Positions 46,271 through 55,998 of a stretch of 64,000 nt of DNA are shown piece after piece. The stretch comes from Mycobacteriales bacterium. Its GTDB lineage: Bacteria; Actinomycetota; Actinomycetes; JAFAQI01. Where the stretch lies: NCBI GenBank assembly GCA_036267755.1, contig DATAVK010000134.1, positions 2,799 through 66,798 of the forward strand, given 5' to 3'. Each line of letters begins with the position of its first letter. Position 1 is the first letter of the stretch. The notes under the pieces were generated by a model. That model had not been told where the DNA came from. It saw only the letters and a program-made list of their open reading frames with translations, and ran no database searches. A program made the translations under genes and the position numbers.

Positions 46271-47382
46271 GACGCCGATCCGGGCCACTGTCGTGCCCAG
46301 GTCGCCCGGTCGAGCGTCGCCGGATCAGCATCGTCATCACGCGCCGCTGACTCGACGGCCATGACCGCTGCGCGAACCTCGCGGGCCCGGACCCGCAGCG
46401 CCGCCTCCGCGTCAATACCTGCAGCGCGCGCACGCCCCACCACGGCCCAGAGCAGCGAGGCGGTAGCCGCTATCGACGGCGCGCGCTCGAGCTCTGCCGC
46501 CAGGGCTACCAGCGCTTCCGATGCGCCGGCCTCCGCGAGCTCCGGGACGAGCAGGTCCTCCGGTACGCCGAACCGGGACGCCTTGCGCTGCACCGTGGCC
46601 GCGAGGGTCAACGCCGGCAACGCGAGCGGAACGCTGGCCAGCGCTGACGCCTGACCGCGTTCGGTCGCCTTGATGGCGTCCCATCCGGCCTGGGCGTCGG
46701 TCGGAGCCGCCGCGACCGCATCGGCGAAGACGTGCGGGTGGCGGCGGACCAGCTTCTCGACGAGACCGGTCGCGACGTCGTCGATGGTCCACCGTTCGCC
46801 CTCGGCACGCTCCTCGGCCAGTCGAGCGTGGAAGGCCACCTGCAGCAGGACGTCGCCGAGCTCCTCGACCAGGCTCGCCGCGTCATCGTCCTCGATCGCT
46901 TGGAATGCCTCGTATGCCTCCTCGAGCAGGTAAGGCCCGAGGCTGGCGTGATCCTGCGCCGCGTCCCAAGGGCAGCCGCCGGGTGAGCGCAGCCGATCCA
47001 TCGTGGTGACGACTTCGATCAGCCGGGCGCCGGGGAGGTCCCAGCTGCCGTGCATCACCTCGACCGTCACCGGTCCGTCGACCGGCGGGAGACTCGCGAG
47101 GCCCGTGACCGCGTCCGCGATCGACGGGTCACCGTCGGCGCCCACCAGCCATGTCGCCGTGCCGGCACCAGCAGCGGCCAGCAAGCGGGCCGTCGCAGCG
47201 GCCGGAGTGGTGGTCTCGTCCAGGACGGTGACTGGAACCCCAGCTGCTCGCAGCGGCGCCAGTTGCGGAGACGCCGCGTCGGCGGTGAGGACCGGACTGG
47301 ACCGGAGCACGTCCCACGCATCCGCGCTCAGCAGCCCCGCCGGCAGCCGAGGGCTCGTGAACAGCAGGACGAGCCGGCTCAC
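46267..47382 (-). CDS. mazG: MazG-family nucleoside triphosphate pyrophosphohydrolase with N-terminal methylase-like domain
   Basis: 371 aa with the MazG EExxE/D motif region (LLEEAYEAFQAIEDDD, EELGDVLLQVAFHA). Sits beside mfd as in mycobacteria. Confidence 0.9.
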   Translation of the reverse strand: MSRLVLLFTSPRLPAGLLSADAWDVLRSSPVLTADAASPQLAPLRAAGVPVTVLDETTTPAAATARLLAAAGAGTATWLVGADGDPSIADAVTGLASLPPVDGPVTVEVMHGSWDLPGARLIEVVTTMDRLRSPGGCPWDAAQDHASLGPYLLEEAYEAFQAIEDDDAASLVEELGDVLLQVAFHARLAEERAEGERWTIDDVATGLVEKLVRRHPHVFADAVAAAPTDAQAGWDAIKATERGQASALASVPLALPALTLAATVQRKASRFGVPEDLLVPELAEAGASEALVALAAELERAPSIAATASLLWAVVGRARAAGIDAEAALRVRAREVRAAVMAVESAARDDDADPATLDRATWARQWPGSAS

Positions 47383-48362
47383 CCGGCTGAGCTGCTGACG
47401 CTGCTCTCCGTCGCGTCGACCGACTGCTTGGCGGCGTCCCAGGTGCCGTAGCGCGGGCTGACGTGCACGCCCAGCTTCTGGGACTCCGTGACGATCGCCT
47501 TACTCAGCAGACTGGCGCCCTGCGAGGAGAACAGGCTCGTCTTCAGCTGCGGGGTCACGGAGGCCAGCGACTGCGTCCGAGCGGCGATGACGTGGATGAC
47601 GTGGTAACCGAACTGGCTGTGCACCAGCACGTAGCTGCCGGGCTTGTGCGTGAAGATCGCGTCCGCAAACGGCTTCACGAAGGCGGTGCGGGTCTGGAAG
47701 CCCAGGTTGCCCCCGTTGTCCTTGCTGCCCGTGTCGGTCGAGTAGCGCTTGGCCAACGCCGCGAACTGCGACGGATGCGCCTTGACCTTGGCGAGCAGCT
47801 GCTCGGCGAGCGTCTTGCTCTTCACGAGGATGTGCGCCGACTCGACCTGCTCATAGGAGCTCTTGTTTTTGTCGTAGGCCGCCTGTAGCTGAGCCTGGCT
47901 CACCGGCAAGGCGTCGATCAGGGCCGCCTCGAGCTTCGTCTCGAGCGTGTAGGAGCGGATGTACGCCGGAAGCTGCGCCTTGGGAACGCCACCCTGCGCC
48001 GCCTGGGTCTGCAGTGCGCTCAGGCTCCCGGCCTGCTGCACGAACTGCGCCGTCTCGTTGCTGACATCGGCGGATGTCACCGTCACGTGGTGCGCCGCGG
48101 AGGCTGCCGCCACGACGTCATCGCTGATCATCTTCGCCAGCAGTTCACGCGTGAACTCCGGTCGGTTGGACCCGATCTGGGCCTTGGCCTTCGGGTTGGC
48201 CAGCGCGGCGTTCACCGCCGACTGGACCGTGCCCGTCGAGATCCGCTTGTCACCGACCAGCGCGGCAGCGCCGGGGCTGGTGTGGCTCGAGCAGGCGGAC
48301 AGGAAGGAAACCGCGGCGAGCGCAGTGACGGCAAGGGCGCTCACGCGCAAACGATGGGACAC
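47379..48362 (-). CDS. parvulin-type peptidyl-prolyl isomerase lipoprotein (PrsA/SurA-like)
   Basis: Lipobox LSAC, and a parvulin core (SAHILVKSK...DNGGNLGF...GYHVIHV). Start set at the GTG at 48362 to avoid overlap with mfd; the track start is 48431. Confidence 0.8.
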   Translation of the reverse strand: MSHRLRVSALAVTALAAVSFLSACSSHTSPGAAALVGDKRISTGTVQSAVNAALANPKAKAQIGSNRPEFTRELLAKMISDDVVAAASAAHHVTVTSADVSNETAQFVQQAGSLSALQTQAAQGGVPKAQLPAYIRSYTLETKLEAALIDALPVSQAQLQAAYDKNKSSYEQVESAHILVKSKTLAEQLLAKVKAHPSQFAALAKRYSTDTGSKDNGGNLGFQTRTAFVKPFADAIFTHKPGSYVLVHSQFGYHVIHVIAARTQSLASVTPQLKTSLFSSQGASLLSKAIVTESQKLGVHVSPRYGTWDAAKQSVDATESSVSSSAG

Positions 48363-48373
48363 GATGCCCAAGG

Positions 48374-51300
48374 CTACCCGGCGGCCGAGAGCGTCAGGTC
48401 CCCGACGACGGTTTGCAGCAGCTCCTGGCACCAGGCCAGCAGCGCCATGTCACGCACCGGCTGGCCCGCCACTCGCGCGGTCATCGGCGCGGGCACCAGG
48501 ACGACACTCGAGGCGTCCTTGACCACCGAGCCCGGATAGAGCCGCTTGAGTCGCAGGCTCTGCGACTCACGCAGCGGCAACGGGGAGAGCCGGATGAACT
48601 TGCCCTGCACTGCCACCTCGGTGACCCCGAACCCACGCACCACACTGCGGAACGTCGCGACCGCAAGCAGGTTCTCCACCGGCTGCGGCAGCTCGCCGTA
48701 CCGGTCGCGGAGCTCCGCCCGCGCCTGCTCGAGGTCGTCCCCGGTGACTGCGGACGCGATCCGCTTGTAAGCCTCCAGTCGGAGCCGCTCGCTGGTGACG
48801 TAGTCGTGGGGCAAGTTGGCGTCGACCGGCAGCTCGACGCGAACATCGGCCACCTCCTCGCCGCGCTCACCCTTGAACTCCGCGACCGCCTCGCCGACCA
48901 GCCGCACATAGAGGTCGAAGCCGACCGCGGCGATGTGCCCGGACTGCTCGCCGCCGAGCAGGTTGCCGGCGCCGCGGATCTCGAGGTCCTTCATCGCCAC
49001 CTGCATGCCGGCACCGAGGTCGGTGTACTGGGCGATGGTGGCGAGCCGGTCGTGCGCCTCTTCGGTCAACGGCTTCTCCGGCGGGTACATGACGTAGCAG
49101 TACGCCCGCTCCCGGCCCCGGCCGACGCGACCGCGCAGCTGGTGCAGTTGGGAGAGCCCCAGCAGGTCGCCGCGCTCGATGACGAGGGTGTTGGCGTCGG
49201 AGATGTCGAGGCCGTTCTCGACGATCGTCGTACAGACCAGGACGTCGAACTCCTTCTCCCAGAAGCCGAGCATGACCGCTTCGAGCTGGTGCTCGTGCAT
49301 CTGGCCATGAGCGACGACGATGCGCGCCTCGGGGACGAGGTCACGCAACCGCGCGGCTGCGCGCTCGATCGACTCGACCCGGTTGTGGATGTAGAAGACC
49401 TGGCCCTCTCGCATCAGCTCCCGTCGGATCCCGGCCGCGATCTGGCGCTCGTCGTACGCACCGACGAACGTCAGGACGGGATGCCGCTCCTCGGGGGGCG
49501 TCTGGATCACGCTCATCTCCCGGATGCCGGTGATCGACATCTCCAAGGTCCGCGGGATCGGGGTCGCCGACATCGTGAGCACGTCCACCGAGGTGCGCAG
49601 CCGCTTGAGGAACTCCTTGTGCTCGACACCGAACCGCTGCTCTTCGTCGACCACCACGAGCCCGAGGTCCTTGAACGAGACGGTCGACTGCAGCAGCCGG
49701 TGGGTGCCGATGACGACGTCGACGGTGCCGTCAACCAGCCCGGCCACGACGTCGCGCTGCTCCTTGTCGCTCTGGAAGCGCGACAGCGTCTTGACGGTCA
49801 CCGGGAAGGAGGCGAACCGCTCCGTGAACGTCGCGAAGTGCTGGGACGCCAGCAGCGTCGTTGGGACCAGGATCGCGACCTGCTTGCCGTCCATGACCGC
49901 CTTGAAGGCAGCCCGAACCGCGATCTCGGTCTTGCCGTACCCGACGTCGCCGCAGATCACCCGATCCATCGGGTGCGAGGCCTCCATGTCGGCCTTGACC
50001 TCCTGGATCGCCGCGAGCTGGTCCGGCGTCTCGACGTAGATGAACGCGTCCTCGAGCTCGGCCTGCCAGGGCGTGTCAGGCCCGAACGCGTGACCCGGCG
50101 CGGACATCCGCGCGGCGTAGAGCCGGATCAGCTCGGCGGCGATCTCGCGCACCGCCTTGCGGGCTCGTCCCTTGCGCTTCTGCCAGTCGGCGCCACCCAT
50201 CTTGTCGAGGCTGGGCGCCTCGCCACCGACGTACTTCGTCACCTGGTCGAGTGCGTCCGTCGGGACGTAGAGCCGGTCACCAGGCTGGCCGCGCTTGCTC
50301 GGTGCGTACTCGATGACGAGGTACTCACGGGTGGCGCCGGCCACGGTGCGTTGCACCAGGTCGAGATAGCGACCGACCCCGTGCTGCTCGTGGACCACGA
50401 TGTCGCCGGCCGTCAACGACAGCGGATCGATGGTGCCGCGACGCTTCGATGGCAGCCGTCGCATGTCACGCGTCGAGGTGCGCTGCCCTGACAGGTCGGT
50501 CTCGGTCAGCACGGCGAGGCCCAGCTCGGTGGAGATGAAGCCGGTCTCCAGGCAGCCGGTCGTGACGTGGACAACATCGGCCTCGAGCGGGCCGTCGATC
50601 GTCTCGCTGAGCCGGGCCGGGATGTCCTCGCCGCGCAGCAGCTCGACGATCCGCTGGGCGGGGCCGTGCCCCTCGGTCAGCACGACGGTGCGCAGATCAC
50701 CGGCCAGCCAGCCACGGATGTCGTTCAGCGCACGAGCCGTGTCGCCGCGGTAGGAGTCGACCGGCTGGGCCGTACTGACGATGGCCCCGTCATCGATCTC
50801 GTCGTCGGCGACGAACGGCGTCACCGACCACCACGGCACGCCGAGCTCGAGGGCGTGACCGCGGACCTCTCCGAGCGATCGGTACGCCGCGGCTCCCAGA
50901 TCGACCGGGGCCTTGCCGCCACCGGCAGCCGCTGCCCACGATGCCTCGAGGAACTCCTGGCTGGTGCGGACCAGATCACTTGCCCGGGTGCGAACCCGCT
51001 CGGGATCGCAGAGGACGACGTGGGTGCCGGCGGGCAGCTCGTCGATCAGCAGGACCAGCCGGTCGACCAGGACGGGCGCGAGCGCCTCCATGCCCTCGAC
51101 CGGGATGCCGTCGGCGATCTTGTCCAGCATCTCGGCGAGTTCCGGATGCTCGGTCGCGAGGTCACGCGCCCGTTCCCGCACGTCGGCGGTGAGCAGCAGC
51201 TCACGGCAGGGCGGCGCCCATAGCCCATGCTGCGCCACTTCGCGCGAGCGCTGGTCCGCGATCGCAAACCAGCGGACCTCCTCAACGCTGTCGCCCCAGA

Positions 51301-51913
51301 ACTCGATGCGCAGCGGATGTTCCTCGGTCGGCGGGAAGACGTCGATGATGCCGCCGCGCACCGCGAACTCGCCTCGCCGCTCGACCAGATCACGCCGCGT
51401 GTACGCGAGCGCCGACAGCTGCTCGACGACCGAGTCGAACCCGACCTCCTCGCCGGCGCGCAGCACGACCGGCGTGAGGTCACCGAGATCGGCCACCTGC
51501 GGCTGCAGCAGGCTTCGGATCGGCGTCACGACCACGCTGACCGGCCCCGCGTCCGGGTCGTCCGCGACCGGGTGGCGCAGCCGACGCAGGACCGCCAGGC
51601 GCCGGCCCACGGTGTCCGCTCGCGGCGAGAGCCGCTCGTGCGGCAACGTCTCCCAGGCCGGGTAGTCCACAACGGACTCTGCCGGAAGCAACGACTGCAG
51701 GGCGGCGACGAGCAGCTGCGATTCGCGCTCGGTCGCCGTGACGGCGAGCACCTGGCGGCCGGCCCGAGCGAGCTCCGCCAGCGCGAACGGCCGGATCGCC
51801 GCCGTCGCCGACAGCTCGAGCTCGGGAGCGCCGATCGCCTCCCGCCAGCGAGTCAGCGACGGGTCGCCGGAAACCTCAGCAAGCAGACCCGCGAGTGGCA
51901 TGACGCTCCGCAA
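48374..51913 (-). CDS. mfd: transcription-repair coupling factor
   Basis: 1179 aa with a CarD-like domain, superfamily 2 helicase motifs (GDVGYGKTE, DEEQRFGV) and a TRCF C-domain. Confidence 0.98.
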   Translation of the reverse strand: MRSVMPLAGLLAEVSGDPSLTRWREAIGAPELELSATAAIRPFALAELARAGRQVLAVTATERESQLLVAALQSLLPAESVVDYPAWETLPHERLSPRADTVGRRLAVLRRLRHPVADDPDAGPVSVVVTPIRSLLQPQVADLGDLTPVVLRAGEEVGFDSVVEQLSALAYTRRDLVERRGEFAVRGGIIDVFPPTEEHPLRIEFWGDSVEEVRWFAIADQRSREVAQHGLWAPPCRELLLTADVRERARDLATEHPELAEMLDKIADGIPVEGMEALAPVLVDRLVLLIDELPAGTHVVLCDPERVRTRASDLVRTSQEFLEASWAAAAGGGKAPVDLGAAAYRSLGEVRGHALELGVPWWSVTPFVADDEIDDGAIVSTAQPVDSYRGDTARALNDIRGWLAGDLRTVVLTEGHGPAQRIVELLRGEDIPARLSETIDGPLEADVVHVTTGCLETGFISTELGLAVLTETDLSGQRTSTRDMRRLPSKRRGTIDPLSLTAGDIVVHEQHGVGRYLDLVQRTVAGATREYLVIEYAPSKRGQPGDRLYVPTDALDQVTKYVGGEAPSLDKMGGADWQKRKGRARKAVREIAAELIRLYAARMSAPGHAFGPDTPWQAELEDAFIYVETPDQLAAIQEVKADMEASHPMDRVICGDVGYGKTEIAVRAAFKAVMDGKQVAILVPTTLLASQHFATFTERFASFPVTVKTLSRFQSDKEQRDVVAGLVDGTVDVVIGTHRLLQSTVSFKDLGLVVVDEEQRFGVEHKEFLKRLRTSVDVLTMSATPIPRTLEMSITGIREMSVIQTPPEERHPVLTFVGAYDERQIAAGIRRELMREGQVFYIHNRVESIERAAARLRDLVPEARIVVAHGQMHEHQLEAVMLGFWEKEFDVLVCTTIVENGLDISDANTLVIERGDLLGLSQLHQLRGRVGRGRERAYCYVMYPPEKPLTEEAHDRLATIAQYTDLGAGMQVAMKDLEIRGAGNLLGGEQSGHIAAVGFDLYVRLVGEAVAEFKGERGEEVADVRVELPVDANLPHDYVTSERLRLEAYKRIASAVTGDDLEQARAELRDRYGELPQPVENLLAVATFRSVVRGFGVTEVAVQGKFIRLSPLPLRESQSLRLKRLYPGSVVKDASSVVLVPAPMTARVAGQPVRDMALLAWCQELLQTVVGDLTLSAAG

Positions 51914-51966
51914 CCAGACAGCACGAACGACCCCGTACGGCGTTCCCGGGGCTCCACTTCACGCTA

Positions 51967-51996
51967 CCGGGACACCCCATGTGGGTGGGGTCCCGG
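51967..51996 (-). terminator. GC-rich hairpin after giant gene A
   Basis: CCGGGAC(A)CCCCA-TGTGGG-TGGGGTCCCGG, 7 nt downstream of the stop at 52003. Confidence 0.45.
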
Positions 51997-52002
51997 TGGC
52001 GC

Positions 52003-55000
52003 TCAGCTGGTCGGTGCCAGTGCCAGCGACCACTGCGCCGAGGAGCCGCTGGTGGCGTCGGTCGTGGCGGTTTGGGCCGGGGAGCTCGTGACCGGCCCGG
52101 AGTCCGCCACCAGAGCGCTGTCGGCTCCGGAACCAGTGCCGTACGCAACAGCCCGCTGCGTGACACCGCCCGGCGGCGTCCACGACGTGGTCGTCGTCGA
52201 CTTGTCGGTCCAGTACGACACCACCCAGCTGCCGGCCGCCAGACCGGACAGGGCTGGCGCGGTGTGGGCGGTGGTGCCGGCTGCCGTCGCCGACAGATCC
52301 GTCTCGACGGGGAGCACGGCATTCCGGTAGTCCGCAACCACCAGGCTGGCCTTCACCGAGGCCGAGAAGCCCACTCCGATCGACGATCCGGCATCCCCAG
52401 CCGTAGCCGCCTTGGAGTACACGTTGGTCGTCAGGTTGGAGCTTTTCGTCGACCCGACCAGCGTCCACCCCGCGGGGGTGCTCGTCGTCACGGTCGTGGA
52501 GGCATAGGACTCGAAGAGCAGGAGGGCGTCGCCAGTGCCGACCCCCGCAGGTGCCGGGACACTCAACGACGTGGCGCTGGCATCTGCCTTGTTGGCTCCC
52601 ACGAACCCGATCTGCGGACCGGGCGCTTTGGGACTCACCGGGTTGATGACCGACGCGGTCGCGCCGTCGTTGTCGGTGACCGTGAGCTTCACCTGGTAGG
52701 TGCCTGGGGTCGTGTACGTGTGGGTCGGAGCCGAGGTGAGGTCGGGGCTCGACCCGTCCCCGAAGTCCCACGAGTACCCGGTGACACTCCCGTCCGGGTC
52801 ACTCGAGCCGCCAGCACTGAAGGTGCAGGTCAGGGCGGTGCACGACGACGTGAAAGCGGCGACCGGCGGCTGGTTCGGGCTGTAGCCGGCGGGCGCAAGG
52901 ATGACGGTCCACTCGGTGCCCTTGCCGCTCACCGCGTTCGTCGTCGCGGTCTGGCTGCCATAGCTACCGATCCCGACGGTCGATGGCGACTGCCCGAGCG
53001 CAGTCGTCACGTAGGCGGTGCCGGTGTCGACCGAGGTCGAGTCCTGCTGCACGGTCGCCGGCAGTGACCACGCCGTCGTCGTGCTGGACTTGTCCGACCA
53101 GTAGGACACCGCGAGGCTGCCGGCATCCGTCACCGTCGCGTTGGGTGTCGTGTGGGATGCCGTGTTGGAGTCGCCCGACTTCGCGTACGCCTCGATCACC
53201 TGGTCGGTGCCTGAGTAGTCAGCGAGCGTCACGTTGTTCTTGGTTGCCGCGCCGAAGGTGACAGGCACCGTCGTACCGGGGTCGGCAGCCGACGCCGCCC
53301 GGTAATACACGTCGGACTCCAGCGGGCTGCTGACGTCCTTGTCGAGAAGATGCCATCCGGCGGGTACCGAGACTGACGTCGCGGTGTTCGGCCAGCTGAC
53401 GAACATCAGCAGCGTGTCCCCTGCCGCCGTCCCGCTCGGCACGCCGACGTTGGTGACCGCCGACTTTCCGCACGTGGTGGTTCCCGAGCCGCACGCGCTC
53501 ACAGCCGCCTTGAAGGTAGGCACCGGCACCCCCTGATCGGGCGCTGCCTGGAAGGTCTTCGTGCCAGTCGCGCCATCGTTGTCCGTGACGGTCAACGTGA
53601 CGGTGTAGGAGCTGGCAGCCGAGGGGGAGCCGGGAGCCGGGAACGTGTGCGACACCACCGGAGAGCTCGCCTGGTCCTGGCTGGTGCCGTCGCCGAAGTT
53701 CCACGAGTAGTCCGTGATCGCCCCGTCCGGGTCGTTCGACGTCGATGCGTCGAAGGTGCACGTGGTGCTCGACGCGGAGCAGGCCGGGGTGAACGACGCC
53801 ACCGGCGGCTGGTTCGGGTGCGTCGCGTCGTCGAGCAGGAACATGCCTCGGCTGGCCCAGTCATTTTGACCGGTCGCAAGGACCGTCGGAGCCCCGGCGG
53901 CCTGAGTTCCGGACCACGGCACTGACTCGAGCTGCCCGCTCGTCTTGTCCGCGAAGTACAGCGTGTTGCCGGACAGGAAGGCACCCGCCACGTTGGACCA
54001 GTTGTTCGTATCGGTCGTCGTGAACTCGTCCGGGCCCACGATGCCGGAGTCGGGTTCGAACCACCGCCAGAACATGCCGGTCTTCCCGGCGAGCGTGTAG
54101 TACAGCCGACCGTCGGTGAAGAACATCGAGGTCACCGACTGCATCTCGGTGCCGAACAGGCTCGGCACCACACCGCGGTACGACTGACCCGAGCCGGTGT
54201 CGACGCTGGACCAGTACGGGTCGTCGTAGGGGTCGAGAAGGACCTCGGCACCGAACGTGTCCCCGTTGAAGCTGCGCTCGTACAGCTTGCCGTCGCTCTT
54301 GCCGTAGATCACCTCTCCGTTGAGCATGAAGGCGCCGCGGATGCTGCCCCAGCTGATGCCGGTCGACAGGCTTGCCTCGGTGCCCGCGGTGGTGCCGTCG
54401 AAGTGTCGTTCACTGAGCCGGTCGACGCTGCCTTGGTACGCCCCGGCCGTGTAGACCCGACCCGGCAGTGCGGCGGTCGCGTTGGAGGCCAACGTCTCCC
54501 CGCCGGCGAGCGGGAAGAAGGCGATCTTCTGCCGCAAGTACTGGAAGTTGCCGACATAGTCCTGGTCGCTGCCCATGTACAGGCCATCGGCGGATAGGAA
54601 CAACGCATATGTGCCGTCACCGCGCGGGTTGCGGCCGGGATCCCACGACAGCGGGACGCCGTTGACGGGGTCGAGCGCGGCGACGCTCGGTCGAGGAACC
54701 GCGCCTTGCTGGGCGTTGTCCCCACCGAACGTGTTGTTGAGCCACCGCTCGTGGCCGCCCACGTAGACGGCGGCTGAGGAGACGGCCACCGACCACAATG
54801 AGTCCCGCCCCGTGAAGTCGACCCAGGTCGGCTGCACGTGGGTCCCGGTGGCGTTCGGGTCGAAGCGAGCCGCGGCGTCGCACAAGCCACGCGTTCCGTC
54901 GGAGTTGTTGGCCTCGAGGCCCCCGGTCGCCACGACGACGAAGTACGAGCCGTCCGGCGAGAACTGCACGTCCCGGATGTAGCTGTCGAAGGCTCCCGAG

Positions 55001-55863
55001 TTACACGGACTCGTGTAGCTGTAGGTCTGCCAGGCCTGGTTGACCGTCGCCCCCGACGTACCCAGGTTGAGCAAGGCGAGCTGGTCTCGGCTGTACGTGC
55101 CCGTCGGGTCGGCGACGCTGGTGAAGTTCCCGACCACTGCAAGCTGCGTGCCTGCAGCGTTGACGGCGAGGGACTTGATCCCTACCGCTCCGCTGGCCGC
55201 CTTCGGCCGGATCCCGTAGCTGTGATGGCCGGTGAAGTTGATCGTGGCGTAGCTGGTCAGCGCCCCGGTCGTGGGGTTGAGCGTCTCGAGCCCGTCCCGG
55301 ACCGATGCGTTGGAAAGGGTGAAAGTGCCGCCGACGAACAGCTGGCCGTCGGCGAGAACCATCCGGTTAACCAGGCCATTGAGTGCCGGTGCCTTCCACC
55401 CGGGCACGATGGCCCCGGTGGTGGCGTTGAGCAGCGCCACCTTGGTCTTCACGCCGTCGATCGACGTGATGTCGCCGCCCACATAGACGGTGTTGCTGGT
55501 CGGGCCGGGAAGGATCGCGTTGATCGTCGTACCGACGATCTGCGGAGCGAAGCTCGTCACGAGTGCGCCGGTGCCGGACGTGAACGCTGCGAGGTACTGG
55601 CTCGGTGCGACCGTCGAACCGTCCTGGGACTCGACACTCGTGAAGGACCCGCCGAGGAAAACCGTCGATCCGACCTGGTTGACGGCGTAGACGATACCGT
55701 TCTCGACATCCGGGGTGTACGACGCGGGAACGGGGCTGACGATCGACGGTGTGGCAGGGTTCGCTGCCTGGGCGGCAGGCCCTTCGACAACCAGCCATCC
55801 TCCGCAGAGGACGAGGGTTGCCGCGGACAAAGCAATCGAGCGCAGGCAAGAACGGCCGAACAC
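52003..55863 (-). CDS. giant secreted multidomain protein A (beta-propeller-like repeats, two PKD domains, two uncharacterised ~200-aa modules)
   Basis: 1286 aa from the GTG at 55863 (SD AGGAG 6 nt upstream). Signal peptide MFGRSCLRSIALSAATLVLCGGWLVVEGPAAQA. PKD signatures (DPDGxITxYxWxFGDG...TVTLTVTDNDG) occur twice. Confidence 0.85.
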   Translation of the reverse strand: MFGRSCLRSIALSAATLVLCGGWLVVEGPAAQAANPATPSIVSPVPASYTPDVENGIVYAVNQVGSTVFLGGSFTSVESQDGSTVAPSQYLAAFTSGTGALVTSFAPQIVGTTINAILPGPTSNTVYVGGDITSIDGVKTKVALLNATTGAIVPGWKAPALNGLVNRMVLADGQLFVGGTFTLSNASVRDGLETLNPTTGALTSYATINFTGHHSYGIRPKAASGAVGIKSLAVNAAGTQLAVVGNFTSVADPTGTYSRDQLALLNLGTSGATVNQAWQTYSYTSPCNSGAFDSYIRDVQFSPDGSYFVVVATGGLEANNSDGTRGLCDAAARFDPNATGTHVQPTWVDFTGRDSLWSVAVSSAAVYVGGHERWLNNTFGGDNAQQGAVPRPSVAALDPVNGVPLSWDPGRNPRGDGTYALFLSADGLYMGSDQDYVGNFQYLRQKIAFFPLAGGETLASNATAALPGRVYTAGAYQGSVDRLSERHFDGTTAGTEASLSTGISWGSIRGAFMLNGEVIYGKSDGKLYERSFNGDTFGAEVLLDPYDDPYWSSVDTGSGQSYRGVVPSLFGTEMQSVTSMFFTDGRLYYTLAGKTGMFWRWFEPDSGIVGPDEFTTTDTNNWSNVAGAFLSGNTLYFADKTSGQLESVPWSGTQAAGAPTVLATGQNDWASRGMFLLDDATHPNQPPVASFTPACSASSTTCTFDASTSNDPDGAITDYSWNFGDGTSQDQASSPVVSHTFPAPGSPSAASSYTVTLTVTDNDGATGTKTFQAAPDQGVPVPTFKAAVSACGSGTTTCGKSAVTNVGVPSGTAAGDTLLMFVSWPNTATSVSVPAGWHLLDKDVSSPLESDVYYRAASAADPGTTVPVTFGAATKNNVTLADYSGTDQVIEAYAKSGDSNTASHTTPNATVTDAGSLAVSYWSDKSSTTTAWSLPATVQQDSTSVDTGTAYVTTALGQSPSTVGIGSYGSQTATTNAVSGKGTEWTVILAPAGYSPNQPPVAAFTSSCTALTCTFSAGGSSDPDGSVTGYSWDFGDGSSPDLTSAPTHTYTTPGTYQVKLTVTDNDGATASVINPVSPKAPGPQIGFVGANKADASATSLSVPAPAGVGTGDALLLFESYASTTVTTSTPAGWTLVGSTKSSNLTTNVYSKAATAGDAGSSIGVGFSASVKASLVVADYRNAVLPVETDLSATAAGTTAHTAPALSGLAAGSWVVSYWTDKSTTTTSWTPPGGVTQRAVAYGTGSGADSALVADSGPVTSSPAQTATTDATSGSSAQWSLALAPTS

Positions 55864-55998
55864 GATGTGGCTCCTAAAGCGGTGGGCGCGCCGGCAGATC
55901 TGCCGAGGAACGACCTTCAACGTACCGGCTCAGTCGTGGTGCCGTTCGGCTTTCTCAACAACCACCCGATTGCCCGGCCCCATCACCCACCTGGGCGA

